A stretch of 64,000 nucleotides of DNA from an uncultured cyanobacterium (GCA_963718615.1 OY970368.1:5376001-5440000), one strand, 5' to 3'. Shown: positions 10,858 to 21,212, counted from the first letter of the stretch. The notes: generated from the letters alone by a model not told the origin. Made by a program: numbers and translations.

Positions 10858-11715
10858 ATGCCTAAACTGTCTGCGAAAATTCAGCCCTATTTGCTAACAG
10901 CACCACAATGGCTGGTGCTGTTGGTATTTTTAGTTGCACCGATCGCCTTAATCGTCATCGTTAGCTTCTGGCAGTTCAATGGCTATAGCATGACGCCAAG
11001 TTTTTCCTTTGATAACTATATCAGCATCTTCCAGTCAAAGGTTTATCTAGATACCTACCTCAATACGATTAAGTTTGTCGGATTAGTTTGGGGGTTTTGT
11101 CTACTCATTGCCTATCCCGTGGCGTATTTTTTAGCTTTTCATGTGTTCAGCCTAAAATGGCAAATCATCTGGTTTATGATCTGCACTATTCCTTTTTTTA
11201 CATCGAATATTATCCGCATGATTTCCTGGGTTCCCCTCCTAGGACGCGGTGGATTAGTCAATCAGATACTGCTCAAGCTGAATTTAATCCAAGCCCCCCT
11301 AGAACATCTTCTCTTTTCAGATTTTGCGGTGGTTTTAGCATTAGTGCATCTCTATGTTCTCTTTATGGTAGTCCCGATTTTTAATAGCCTTATGCGCATT
11401 GAGCGCAATCTCATTACCGCAGCCCTTGATCTGGGTGCATCAGGCGTTCAGGTTTTCCGGGAAGTCATTCTACCCCTTTCCCAGCCAGGTATTGCCATTG
11501 GCTCGATTTTTGTTGTGACCTTGGTGATGGGAGAATTTATCACGGTTCGCTGGATGGGAGGCGGACAGTCTTCCTCTGTGGGATATCTCATTAGCAATCA
11601 AATTGGTAGTCTTCAGTATCCCCTTGCATCAGCCAATGCGGTCATTCTTTTGATTGTAACGATTTTGTTTGTTGCGGGAATTTTAAGGGCAGTAGACATC
11701 CGTAAACAGCTCTAG
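10858..11715 (+). CDS. ABC transporter permease (PotB-like)
   Basis: Hydrophobic; AYPVAY, LITAALDLGA EAA loop, LPLSQPGI. Confidence 0.9.
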   Translation: MPKLSAKIQPYLLTAPQWLVLLVFLVAPIALIVIVSFWQFNGYSMTPSFSFDNYISIFQSKVYLDTYLNTIKFVGLVWGFCLLIAYPVAYFLAFHVFSLKWQIIWFMICTIPFFTSNIIRMISWVPLLGRGGLVNQILLKLNLIQAPLEHLLFSDFAVVLALVHLYVLFMVVPIFNSLMRIERNLITAALDLGASGVQVFREVILPLSQPGIAIGSIFVVTLVMGEFITVRWMGGGQSSSVGYLISNQIGSLQYPLASANAVILLIVTILFVAGILRAVDIRKQL

Positions 11716-11739
11716 AGCTTTGATTTTGCTGTTATCACT

Positions 11740-12552
11740 ATGAACTCGAACAAATCACTTTCAGCTTCCCTGTTAACGGCCTTTTTTAGCCTTTTTGTTT
11801 TGTTTCTCTACGGCCCTATTTTTGCCATTTTTATTCTATCGCTTCAGGGGCCACAGGGTTCGCTCATGTTTCCTATGCGAGGCTTTGGATTTGGCTGGAT
11901 TGCAGGGGTGTTTGAAGAACAGTTGGTGGGCAATTTTTTCGAGCCCTTTGGGCGATCGCTCCTCTTGGGCCTGATGGTCATGGTCTTCACCGTTATGATT
12001 AGTTTAAGTGCAGGTCTTGCCTTCCGAAAGCCCTTTTGGGGAGCCACACCGTTGTTTTATCTGACCATTGCCAGCCTCATTGTTCCCAGCATTTTGGTCT
12101 CCCTGGGGATTGGCCTTTTGTTTGAATTATCGGGTCTTGAAATTCAGTGGTATTCCTCTGCTTTAGCAGGCCATTTGACCTGGACATTACCGTTTGCCTT
12201 TTTAATTATTTTGGGGGTCTTCAATCGCTTTAATCCCACCTACGAAGAAGCGGCAGAGGATTTAGGGGCGAGTCGTTTTGCCGCTTTTCGCGAAATCGTG
12301 CTGCCACTGATTTTTCCAAGCCTGATTGGTGTGGCGATCTTGAGTTTTACATTGTCCTACGATGAGTTTACGCGAACCTCGTTGATTTCTGGGGAGCAGA
12401 ATACGTTGCCCTTGGAAATCTTTGGGATGACGACGAATGTCACGAATCCGAGCTTGTATGCATTGGGGACGGTGACGACGGTGTTTTCGTTTGTGATGGT
12501 GGGGGTGGCGATCGCTTCATTTCAGTTTCTTTCTGGGCGGCAGCAACGTTAG
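11740..12552 (+). CDS. ABC transporter permease (PotC-like)
   Basis: YEEAAEDLGAS, SFTLSYDEF, NTLPLEI. Confidence 0.9.
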   Translation: MNSNKSLSASLLTAFFSLFVLFLYGPIFAIFILSLQGPQGSLMFPMRGFGFGWIAGVFEEQLVGNFFEPFGRSLLLGLMVMVFTVMISLSAGLAFRKPFWGATPLFYLTIASLIVPSILVSLGIGLLFELSGLEIQWYSSALAGHLTWTLPFAFLIILGVFNRFNPTYEEAAEDLGASRFAAFREIVLPLIFPSLIGVAILSFTLSYDEFTRTSLISGEQNTLPLEIFGMTTNVTNPSLYALGTVTTVFSFVMVGVAIASFQFLSGRQQR

Positions 12553-12729
12553 TCAGGGATTCGCCTTGGGCTGAAGGGAGGGGGAGCTGTTGAGTCAGCT
12601 AATTAAGCGACAGCAGATCTAGCGGTCTAGGGCCTCGATCTAACGATGGCGATGGGTAAGCATGTCTAGATAGGGGTTGCTTGTCTATATACTGGGAGCA
12701 GCCGGATCCTTTCAATTGCCAGTGTGGCC

Positions 12730-13821
12730 ATGTCCGAATCTAAGCACTCATCTTCATTCCGCCCTCCCGTTGAAAAGATTTCTGACGACGAAGCACAGGC
12801 TTTGTTGTTACAACTCCGTCGCAAGGAGGGCGGTTGGATTGCCTGGGGCCAAGCCTGCGAGCGACTGCAAAAATCGGGCTATAGCTCCCTTGTGATCTTT
12901 GAAGAGACCGGCTTTGAAGCGGTGCATCAGCTTCAGGTGAGCGTTGGGTTGAAGGTCTATGATTCTCTCGTCGAAGGGCAAGCCCCGGCGGCGGTCCTGG
13001 AGCACTATCATCGCAAGGGAAGTGATATTCTCTACGAATTGCGTCAGCTCGGCCAAGAAAACCGCATTAAGGCCGCCCAGTTTTGTCTAGAGCGCAACTT
13101 GGATATGGATGAAGCCCGCGCCTTGGCAAAGGATTTTCGAGAGATGCAGTGGCTCAAGGAGCAAACGCCGGGATTTGACAACGAGCCTGGGGATGCGGTG
13201 GCTTATTTTTGTTGGAAACGGGCTAGGGAGCGAAAAGATTTGCAGGAGCGATCGCGTCTCATCGCCCAGGGTCTACGCTATGCCCAATCCGCCAGTGCCC
13301 GCGCCCGACTGGAAGAACTCTTAACAGACTTTACCCTGGTCTCCGTAAAATCCGCACCCCTACCTCCGATTTATCGCCTAGAAACCGAAGAGGACTTGCC
13401 CCGTCTAATCCCTGTGGCCGGAGCGCTGCCGATGACGCAAACTGAATTGGAGGCTGTGCCGGATTGGGAAGAAAGCGGTGCATTTCGGGTGGTTCGGGCC
13501 GAATCGCCCATCAGTTGGGTGGCCCTCCCCGGCTGGCAACGGGTGTTAGGGGCCAAACAGCCCGTCGCCATCTACGCCCAGGGTGAACAGGTGCCCAATC
13601 TCCCCAATGAGATCCAGGAAACCGTGCTGCTGGTGATTGACCGGGCGGCCACGACCTGGGATGACAATAGCTATTTTCTGATGGACCAAGAGGGCTCCTT
13701 AGGGGTTCGCTGGTTTGCTGAAGCGCCGACCCAGCCGATTCTCGGACAGGTGGTGGTGGTGGTTCGACCCAGACGAATTTTAGATGAAAGCCTGATTACA
13801 ACGCCTTGGCAGTTGGAATAA
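12730..13821 (+). CDS. raf1: RuBisCO accumulation factor 1
   Basis: LRRKEGGWIAWG, IFEETGFE, GSDILYELR, DLQERSRLIA.GL, WVALPGW, VVVRPRRILDE...PWQLE. Confidence 0.93.
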   Translation: MSESKHSSSFRPPVEKISDDEAQALLLQLRRKEGGWIAWGQACERLQKSGYSSLVIFEETGFEAVHQLQVSVGLKVYDSLVEGQAPAAVLEHYHRKGSDILYELRQLGQENRIKAAQFCLERNLDMDEARALAKDFREMQWLKEQTPGFDNEPGDAVAYFCWKRARERKDLQERSRLIAQGLRYAQSASARARLEELLTDFTLVSVKSAPLPPIYRLETEEDLPRLIPVAGALPMTQTELEAVPDWEESGAFRVVRAESPISWVALPGWQRVLGAKQPVAIYAQGEQVPNLPNEIQETVLLVIDRAATTWDDNSYFLMDQEGSLGVRWFAEAPTQPILGQVVVVVRPRRILDESLITTPWQLE

Positions 13822-13976
13822 TTTGGATTGAAAGCGTCAAGGGAAGCGCAAAAGGCTCACGGGTGCTCGCTGGTATAGCTCCGTCGCCATAGCTACTACG
13901 CTTTGGTTCAGAGAAAAATACGCGGGGAATCCTGAGTCCATAACTGGGGAAACCTACTGACTCGGATATCTACGGA

Positions 13977-14993
13977 ATGTTAAGCCCTTCCTCACCCTTG
14001 CCCCCGACCCAACGCACTTGGCGTGTGTTGATTGCTGATGACGATCGCCTCACGCGGATTATGTTGCGGCGGACGTTGGAGCAGGAGGGCTGTCAGGTCC
14101 TAGAAGCCCAGGATGGCGAGCTTTGCATCCAGCAATTTTTGACCTGTGCGCCTGATTTGGTGCTGCTCGATGCCATGATGCCCAAGCTGGATGGCTTTCA
14201 GTGTTGTGCGCAAATTTTGGCCCAGCCCAATACGGAGCATGTGCCGGTCTTGATGATTACGGGGCTCAACGATAAAAATTCTGTCGATCGCGCCTTTGAT
14301 GCAGGAGCGACGGATTTTATTACGAAGCCGATCCATTGGGCGGTGTTGCGGCGACGGGTCCGGTTGCTGCTGGAAAAGGCCCAGCTTCAGCTCGAACTCA
14401 AGGCGGCTAATCGTCAGCTTCAAAAGCTGGTCATGACGGATCCGCTCACCCATTTGGCCAATCGCAGACAGTTCGATGAAGTCTTGGCCAATGAGTGGCG
14501 GCGTGCCTCTCGGGAGGCGACGCCGATATCGTTGGTGATGTGTGATATCGATAGTTTTAAGCCCTATAACGATCACTATGGTCATCCCCAGGGCGATCGC
14601 TGTCTTCAGGCGGTGGCCCAGGTGTTTCGGGACAATATTCGTCGAGCAGGGGATTTGATTGCTCGCTATGGGGGAGAAGAATTCGCCATTATCCTGCCAA
14701 ACACGCGCACGGAAGGCGCACGTCATGTGGCGGAGCGGGTTCGGCGGGGGATTATGCAGCTCAATTTACCCCATTCCTATTCGCGGGCCGATAGCGAGCG
14801 GGTCACCCTCAGTCTGGGGATTGCCACGCTCTATAGCCGTTGCGATTTATCGACCTCGTTTCTCGTGAAACTGGCGGATGAGGCCTTGTATCAAGCTAAA
14901 GCGGCGGGTGGTAATTGCTGTCGGATCCACCAGGTTTGGTCCGTGCCTGAGGATGCGTCAGAAAGCTTTATCCAACCGCTGCCCCAAGGATGA
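13977..14993 (+). CDS. PleD-type response regulator diguanylate cyclase (REC-GGDEF)
   Basis: REC (LIADDD, LLDAMMP, FITKP); DPLT; RAGD I-site; ARYGGEEF active site. Confidence 0.93.
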   Translation: MLSPSSPLPPTQRTWRVLIADDDRLTRIMLRRTLEQEGCQVLEAQDGELCIQQFLTCAPDLVLLDAMMPKLDGFQCCAQILAQPNTEHVPVLMITGLNDKNSVDRAFDAGATDFITKPIHWAVLRRRVRLLLEKAQLQLELKAANRQLQKLVMTDPLTHLANRRQFDEVLANEWRRASREATPISLVMCDIDSFKPYNDHYGHPQGDRCLQAVAQVFRDNIRRAGDLIARYGGEEFAIILPNTRTEGARHVAERVRRGIMQLNLPHSYSRADSERVTLSLGIATLYSRCDLSTSFLVKLADEALYQAKAAGGNCCRIHQVWSVPEDASESFIQPLPQG

Positions 14994-15046
14994 CGGTTCA
15001 CTTCACTCGGCGAATTGATCAGCGAATTTAAAGGAGATTTAACCCA

Positions 15047-15478
15047 ATGGCTTCAACCATGGAGTGCTTCCAGGATGTCTATCGTTTGTCCTCACCCCTG
15101 GGGGAACAAGCCCCCAGGGCTTTGCCGATTCTTGATCCCGAGCAACTCATGGAGAGCCTCATGGCGGTGGGGGATGACCTTCAGGAGTCGCTTGATCTCC
15201 TGCGGACCACCTATTTGGAAGATGTGCCCCATTTATTGGACATGCTGACTCAGGCTGCGGAACGGTCGGATTTTGACAAGCTACGATTTGCGGCCCATAC
15301 GCTCAAGTCCAGCAGTGCGCTCATGGGGGCTACGTCGCTCTCGGAGATCTGTCGTCAGCTCGAAGAACAGGCCCGCACCCAGAGTGATTGCGATCTGGCT
15401 CTCCAGGTGGAGCGTACCCTAGATCTCTATGAGCAAACGGTATCTGCGCTGTTGGCCTATTCTGCCGCCGCTAGCTGA
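15047..15478 (+). CDS. Histidine phosphotransfer (Hpt) protein
   Basis: AAHTLKSSSALMGA motif; RBS AAGGAG. Confidence 0.9.
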   Translation: MASTMECFQDVYRLSSPLGEQAPRALPILDPEQLMESLMAVGDDLQESLDLLRTTYLEDVPHLLDMLTQAAERSDFDKLRFAAHTLKSSSALMGATSLSEICRQLEEQARTQSDCDLALQVERTLDLYEQTVSALLAYSAAAS

Positions 15479-17706
15479 GCCAAGGGCAGCAGGGGGCCTA
15501 GCTGGGGTTGACCATTGGTGGCGAGCTCGCTGACGCAGACATAGATCCGCGCTGTTCCATGGCCGAGCAAATCCCGTAAGCCATGCTCAAGGCGGGTTTC
15601 TGCGATTTGAAGATTGCGGGCTAAGCCCTGCTGCTTGACTGCGGCGAGGTCGGCGAGGGCCTCCTGAATGAACAAATTGGCTCCAAACAAACTCGTACCG
15701 CTGCTGGTTAGCCAGAGGGGGGAGCCTGCGTCTAGCCAAAATTGCCAGCGGTGGGTGCAGCGATTGATCCGATACTGAAACAGTGTGGCTAGGGTCACGG
15801 CTTGGGCCTGGGAGGCCAGCGGTTGGGCCGGGTAGGGGTTGGCGGTGATCGTGCCGCTGCGGAGGAGTCGGATAAACCGTTCGATAGCATTCCCTTCGGA
15901 GTTGGACTCCTCAGGCGTGAGGCGGCCTTCTACCTCCCAATAGTGCTGGGCTGCTTCCAGAAGCTCCCGCAGGGCCGCGATCTGATCATAGGCAAGGGCA
16001 CTGCCGTTCCAGAGAAAGGTTTGGATGGCGCGATCGAGAACGACCAGGGGATTGGGGGTGAGGCGCTGCGATCGCTGCAGCTTTTGAACCTCCAGCCATT
16101 GCAGAATCTGTTCATAGACCGCCGTTGCTTCGTAGCCTAGCCGATCCCAACGGGGAAAGGCCTGAACAGGCAGGAGTCGAGGCTCGTCGGGATGGGGAAC
16201 ATAGCAGTGATCCGCCAACAGGCCAGCCCGCACGGCATCGATGCGGGGGCGACTGCGTAGGGGGGCGTGGGCTGAATTCGGAGGGGCGTCTGGTCCTGGG
16301 GTGGGGTCTTCATCCAGGGGATGGCGATCGGGGGTGAGGCTCAAGACCACTAGCATTTCGGCCACCTGATCCAGCTCCAGTAGTCGGCCCAACCCCGGAT
16401 AGACAAAGGCTAGCAGCGTCAGCAACGCCCGCACCATGGGCGAACTGTAAAGGGGCCGCTGCTCGGTCAAGGGTTCTAGACGAATTTGCTGCTTGCCGAG
16501 GATTTCCATCAATGTGTAGCGGGCGATCGCATCCACCCCCGGCCCGACGATGGCAATTTCTTCTGGCTGCACCACACCGGACTGAACGGCGGTGATGATT
16601 TCCTCGGCGACGGCCCGCAGGAGTTGCGATCGCGAAATCGTCTGCACTGCCCGAAACGGCCCCTCGGCACTGCTGATCTGTTGCAAAATCTCGCTCCTGA
16701 TTTCCCCGTCGGTTCCCCACCCGGTTGGGACAACCGTTCCCATCTCCGTTTGGTCTCTGACGAGCCCGACCACCGTATCACCGTAGCGCTGGGCCAAACT
16801 ATCAGGATTGGGCTCCAAAGATTCCACCGTGCAGCGCTGGGCCAACTGCGCCAGCGCCTGGGGGTCAGCCCCAAATCCTAGGCGGACACCGCCCTCCGGT
16901 TGATAGGTAAAGAGACAGGGGGCCTGCTGATCGAGGAACAGGGAAAAGAGGGATTGGGCGATCGCCGGATACTCATCCACATCATCGGCCAAAATCCCTT
17001 CATAACGCTGGGTGAGCTGAGCCTGATAGACCGGATCCGGCAGCAGCGACTGCCCATAGAGCTCGGTCAAGAGTCCATAGGTCAACAGCCCCCGCTCCAA
17101 ACACCAGGCCCGCCAATCCACCAGCGCCTCGCCCATGGCGGTCCAGAGCTCCGCTGACCCCAGGGAACTGGCCATGCCTGCCTGCAAGACTGCGCCAATT
17201 TCCGCAACGGGCGTACCGCTAGAAGCCGCCAACAAATACAAATCCAGCACCCGCCGCACCACCCGCCATTCGCTGACCCCCTCCTGCTTCAGCGGTCCCT
17301 CGGTCAATAGCCGCTGCCACAGCCGAGTCGCCAGCTCCTGCTCGGTTTCAGGCCGCAGCCGCAGCGGAAACCGGGGACGTAGCCCCAGCTTTTTCACCAG
17401 CAGCGGCCAAAACAGCGTCACTTCCCCCTCAAAAAACGCCAGCGGCGTTGTTGTCTGGATCGGATAGCGCCCCCCGGTTGCCTCGGTCACCCGTTCCATC
17501 AGCGCCATGCGGTTATCGCCCGTCGCCGCAAACAGTAGCAGACTAGGCCCCTGCCGCAGACCATCGCCCGAGCCCCGCTCCATCCAAGCCTGAAATTGGG
17601 CCATTAGCCTTGTGGTTTTGCCACTTTGAGCCGCACCTACAATCCAGTATTGCTCTGTCAGGCTCGGCTCAGGGTCTGACTTAGATCGTATTACGTTGGT
17701 TGTCAA
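15457..17706 (-). CDS. Conserved cyanobacterial protein with a degenerate SF1 helicase (UvrD/AddB-like) P-loop fold
   Basis: GAAQSGKT Walker A, ILADDVDEY Walker B-like, PEEIAIV; function unknown. Confidence 0.65.
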   Translation of the reverse strand: MTTNVIRSKSDPEPSLTEQYWIVGAAQSGKTTRLMAQFQAWMERGSGDGLRQGPSLLLFAATGDNRMALMERVTEATGGRYPIQTTTPLAFFEGEVTLFWPLLVKKLGLRPRFPLRLRPETEQELATRLWQRLLTEGPLKQEGVSEWRVVRRVLDLYLLAASSGTPVAEIGAVLQAGMASSLGSAELWTAMGEALVDWRAWCLERGLLTYGLLTELYGQSLLPDPVYQAQLTQRYEGILADDVDEYPAIAQSLFSLFLDQQAPCLFTYQPEGGVRLGFGADPQALAQLAQRCTVESLEPNPDSLAQRYGDTVVGLVRDQTEMGTVVPTGWGTDGEIRSEILQQISSAEGPFRAVQTISRSQLLRAVAEEIITAVQSGVVQPEEIAIVGPGVDAIARYTLMEILGKQQIRLEPLTEQRPLYSSPMVRALLTLLAFVYPGLGRLLELDQVAEMLVVLSLTPDRHPLDEDPTPGPDAPPNSAHAPLRSRPRIDAVRAGLLADHCYVPHPDEPRLLPVQAFPRWDRLGYEATAVYEQILQWLEVQKLQRSQRLTPNPLVVLDRAIQTFLWNGSALAYDQIAALRELLEAAQHYWEVEGRLTPEESNSEGNAIERFIRLLRSGTITANPYPAQPLASQAQAVTLATLFQYRINRCTHRWQFWLDAGSPLWLTSSGTSLFGANLFIQEALADLAAVKQQGLARNLQIAETRLEHGLRDLLGHGTARIYVCVSELATNGQPQLGPLLPLAQLAAAE

Positions 17707-17872
17707 AGTCGCTCCTCAAACGCTGTTTCCAGCTACTGTTCGGTCTACTCTTTGGGCCACTGATTGATCCGTTACCCTCTTTTCAGCTTAAGCCAATCCA
17801 AAGATCTAAGCCTCCCCTGCAAATCTCCCTCAAAGCTACGATAGGCTGACGTTAGGTTCTCTACGCTGCCCC

Positions 17873-19291
17873 ATGAACTTGTCCGTTTTTGATACCGTCC
17901 GACGCTCCTTTCGTGGCTTAAACCGATGGGTGAATAAGACCCCCTACCGGGCATTAGAGCAGGCCTACGAAGAAATTCTAAAGATTAAGGCGATCGAAGA
18001 CGAGCATTTCGATGGCCAAACCATTGTTCCGGGCCTCAAAGATTACAGCGAAAACGTCTACCAATATTTTCGTGCCCAGGCCAATCAGCATCTGCGGGTA
18101 GCCAAGGTGCGGCTGACCGAATTTCGCACCAGCCAGAACTTTCTACGGCTGACCAATCCGGAGGCCTTTGGCTTTGATGCCCGGACGCCGCCGGATCGAG
18201 AGGCGTTGGATCCCGATGGGGTGATGCTCGAAAAGCTGCGGTTTGTGGATGAGGCGATCGCCCGCTACAGCCCCTATCGCGAGATCTCCAAATCCCTCGT
18301 CCCCCTGGATTCTCCCAACGTGCCCCCCCTTAACCCCAAGGCCAACGCCCTGGCTGGGGGAGAAGCCCTTACCCCCGTCCCCAGTCGCAATTCCTCCCGT
18401 AATGCTCAGCGCAATTCCCTCCGTTCCCCTCGGTCTACCGCCATGGCTTCAGACAATCCTCCGCCCTCCACGCCTCGGCGCACCGAACGGGTTGCAAGCC
18501 AAACCAGCTTTGTCCCTCGCTCGATTTTAGGCACGTTCGATCGCCTGCGTCGGGATCTGGATCCGGCGGCAGAACAGGAAGTGGTACAGGATTTTCGACT
18601 CTCGCGGGCCAAAACAGCCCTGGCAGCTCGCTTTTTGCTGATTTTGGTCATTGTGCCGCTGCTCACCCACCATCTCTCGAAAACCTTCGTGGTGGGGCCG
18701 TTGGTTGAGCGCTTTCATGCGGAGCAGCCCGTCGACGCGGCCCTGAGTCCCCATCTGGAGGAGGAAGCCCTAGAGGAACTAGGTCGCTACCGCGAGCATT
18801 TAGAGTTTTTGGTTCTAACCCATGAGCTGCCTCGACTGAGTCCAGAGGACTTGGATGAGCGGATGGAGGTTAAGGCAGCATCGCTCTTTGAAGAGTTTCG
18901 GGGGCGCGCGACCGATGCGATTAAGAATGTGTTTGCGGATTTTTTGGCGGCGATCGCCTTCGCCATTATTCTACTGATCAGCAAGCCCGAAATTGCTATC
19001 CTCAAATCCTTTATGGATGAATTAATTTATGGATTAAGCGATAGCGCCAAAGCCTTTATCATCATTTTGTTTACGGATATTTTCGTCGGATTCCACTCAC
19101 CCCACGGCTGGGAGGTGATTTTGGAAGGCGTTGCTCGACATTTTGGTCTACCTGAAAGTCGCGAATTTATTTTCCTTTTTATTGCAACGTTTCCAGTGAT
19201 TTTAGATACGGTCTTTAAGTATTGGATTTTCCGCTATCTCAACCGTATTTCGCCTTCTGCGGTGGCCACCTATCGCAATATGAATGAATAG
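17873..19291 (+). CDS. pxcA: Proton extrusion protein PxcA (CemA family)
   Basis: YGLSDSAKAFIIILFTDIFVGFHSPHGWEV, FPVILDTVFKYWIFRYLNRISPSAVATY. Confidence 0.95.
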   Translation: MNLSVFDTVRRSFRGLNRWVNKTPYRALEQAYEEILKIKAIEDEHFDGQTIVPGLKDYSENVYQYFRAQANQHLRVAKVRLTEFRTSQNFLRLTNPEAFGFDARTPPDREALDPDGVMLEKLRFVDEAIARYSPYREISKSLVPLDSPNVPPLNPKANALAGGEALTPVPSRNSSRNAQRNSLRSPRSTAMASDNPPPSTPRRTERVASQTSFVPRSILGTFDRLRRDLDPAAEQEVVQDFRLSRAKTALAARFLLILVIVPLLTHHLSKTFVVGPLVERFHAEQPVDAALSPHLEEEALEELGRYREHLEFLVLTHELPRLSPEDLDERMEVKAASLFEEFRGRATDAIKNVFADFLAAIAFAIILLISKPEIAILKSFMDELIYGLSDSAKAFIIILFTDIFVGFHSPHGWEVILEGVARHFGLPESREFIFLFIATFPVILDTVFKYWIFRYLNRISPSAVATYRNMNE

Positions 19292-19318
19292 CTTGTAGCT
19301 ATTGAGATTCGCGCTTTG

Positions 19319-19351
19319 AATTCCTCACTGAGTCATGGGTGAGGAATTTTT
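19319..19351 (+). terminator. Intrinsic terminator after pxcA
   Basis: AATTCCTCAC...GTGAGGAATT hairpin followed by a T run. Confidence 0.7.
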
Positions 19352-19516
19352 GATCAGTAACAAATCGCTAAGAAATTCATTTTTTTGCAAGATCAAAATG
19401 GCTTTGTCTAGGCTGATCCAGTATCATAAGCAGACTGGGAAAAAAGAGTCTTAATGTCCGCAAGCTTTACAATGCCCGCAGATTTTTAATGCCTGTTTAC
19501 AAGCGAGGAGGTCGAT

Positions 19517-21175
19517 GTGACGGTTGTCAGCCCCACCCTCAGCCCGATTTCTGTAACGATTCTTGGCATTCGCATCACTAATGTCTTTCGGTCAGAGGCC
19601 ATTCGGTTGATGCAATCCTGGCTCTGGGATGAGCCTCAAAAAAACCACAGCGTTTTCTATGTCAATGCGCATACCCTCAATCTCAGCCGAGCACAGCCGA
19701 GTTATGGGCAAATTCTCAATCGTGCCAATCAGGTCTTTGCCGATGGCACAGGGGTGCGCTGGGCCGCAAAAATGCGAGGCGTCGACATCAAAGAAAATCT
19801 TGTGGGAACGGATTTAATTCCTGAGTTTTTGCAAGCGACCTCGGGCCAAGGCTATCGGGTCTTCTTGTTGGGGGCAGATGCTATTACGGTGGAGCGTGCG
19901 GCTCAGTGGCTGCAAGTGCACTTTCCGGGCTGGAGCCTTGCGGGTTACCACCATGGTTATTTTGATCAGAATCAGGCTGATGCGGTGATTCAGCAGATCA
20001 ATTTGACGCATCCCCATCTCCTGCTGGTGGGTCTGGGCAATCCGCTGCAAGAAATCTTTATCGATCGCTATCAATCCCAGCTTAAAGTTCCGATTTGTAT
20101 GGGCGTGGGGGGGCTTTTTGACCATTGGGGCGCGAATCTCAAACGTGCGCCTCGCTGGGTGAGAAATCTAGGGTTTGAATGGTTGCAGATTTTAATCCAG
20201 CAGCCGAAAAAATGGCGACGGTATCTCTTGGGGAATCCCAAATTTCTCTTCCAGATGCTGGTCACGGCCCGACAGGAAAGGCAACATGTCCTGGAAGCTT
20301 CCTCCTCGGTGAGTGGGCTACGCTGGTCCTTAAAAAAGCTAGCTCGAAGAACAATGGCTTTGGCCTCTTGGCCTGCGGTCCAGCTTGCTCCCGCCGGAGA
20401 GCCCTCGGTGCGAGTTTTGACCTATCACCGCTTTGGCGATATTCCTCGGGATCCTTTTTGTGTCCGGGCCAGCGACTTTGAACAACAAATGGCTTGGCTA
20501 GCAGCGCAAAACCTGGCTATTTCCCTAGCCGATCTAGAAGCCTTTTTAGTCGGAAAACAGGAGGTTCCGGCGGGGGCCGTCCTCGTCACCATGGACGATG
20601 GGTATCACAGTGTGTATCAAACGGCATTGCCGATTTTAAAGCGTTATGGGATTCCGGCGATCGCCTTCGTCACCGTCGGATCCATCCTCGACACCGCCCC
20701 CCTGCCTACCGCCCTTACCCAACACCCCCAGGCCGACTCTCCCGAACGCCATATGACCTGGCCAGAACTGCGCGAGCTTTCCCAGGATGGGGTTGTCGTC
20801 GCCTCCCATGGGTGGACCCATCGTTCCTTCGCAAGGCTTGACCCTGGAGAGGCCCAACAGGAAGCTGGGCGATCGCGCCACTATCTAGAAGAAAAACTCG
20901 GCCAGCCCGTGACCGGATTTGCCTACCCCTTTGGCACCCTCGCAGATTTTAACGACCAATCGGTCCAGATGCTCCACGGCCAAGGCTACCAGTGGGCCTT
21001 CACCTCCCAGCATGGAGCCATTGCCCGCTCCAGAGCTGAGGCCTTGACCCTGCCTCGTATCAAAGTAGAAGGCGGAGAAGGGCTGTGGATGTTTCAGCAG
21101 CTGGTGCGGGGAGGACTCGATCGCTGGCGCTGGATTGACCAAACCCTGTGGAAGCTTCAGCAAAGCCGAGCTTAA
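19517..21175 (+). CDS. WecB/TagA/CpsF glycosyltransferase fused to a NodB-type polysaccharide deacetylase
   Basis: N-half: ADGTGV, GTDL, GYHHGYF, VGLGNPLQE, GVGGLFD, RAPRW. C-half: LTYHR, VTMDDGY, SHGWTH, FAYPFG. RBS GAGGAGG. Confidence 0.88.
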   Translation: MTVVSPTLSPISVTILGIRITNVFRSEAIRLMQSWLWDEPQKNHSVFYVNAHTLNLSRAQPSYGQILNRANQVFADGTGVRWAAKMRGVDIKENLVGTDLIPEFLQATSGQGYRVFLLGADAITVERAAQWLQVHFPGWSLAGYHHGYFDQNQADAVIQQINLTHPHLLLVGLGNPLQEIFIDRYQSQLKVPICMGVGGLFDHWGANLKRAPRWVRNLGFEWLQILIQQPKKWRRYLLGNPKFLFQMLVTARQERQHVLEASSSVSGLRWSLKKLARRTMALASWPAVQLAPAGEPSVRVLTYHRFGDIPRDPFCVRASDFEQQMAWLAAQNLAISLADLEAFLVGKQEVPAGAVLVTMDDGYHSVYQTALPILKRYGIPAIAFVTVGSILDTAPLPTALTQHPQADSPERHMTWPELRELSQDGVVVASHGWTHRSFARLDPGEAQQEAGRSRHYLEEKLGQPVTGFAYPFGTLADFNDQSVQMLHGQGYQWAFTSQHGAIARSRAEALTLPRIKVEGGEGLWMFQQLVRGGLDRWRWIDQTLWKLQQSRA

Positions 21176-21180
21176 ACCCC

Positions 21181-21212
21181 AAAAAAAAGGCCCACCGGTA
21201 AACGCTGGGCCT
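21181..21212 (-). terminator. Terminator between convergent genes
   Basis: GGCCCA...TGGGCC hairpin preceded by A8 on the + strand (T8 on the - strand). Confidence 0.6.

Noticed and set aside
13822-13976. c-di-GMP riboswitch upstream of the diguanylate cyclase
   Set aside because: Only a weak inverted repeat is present; the GEMM consensus elements could not be matched.
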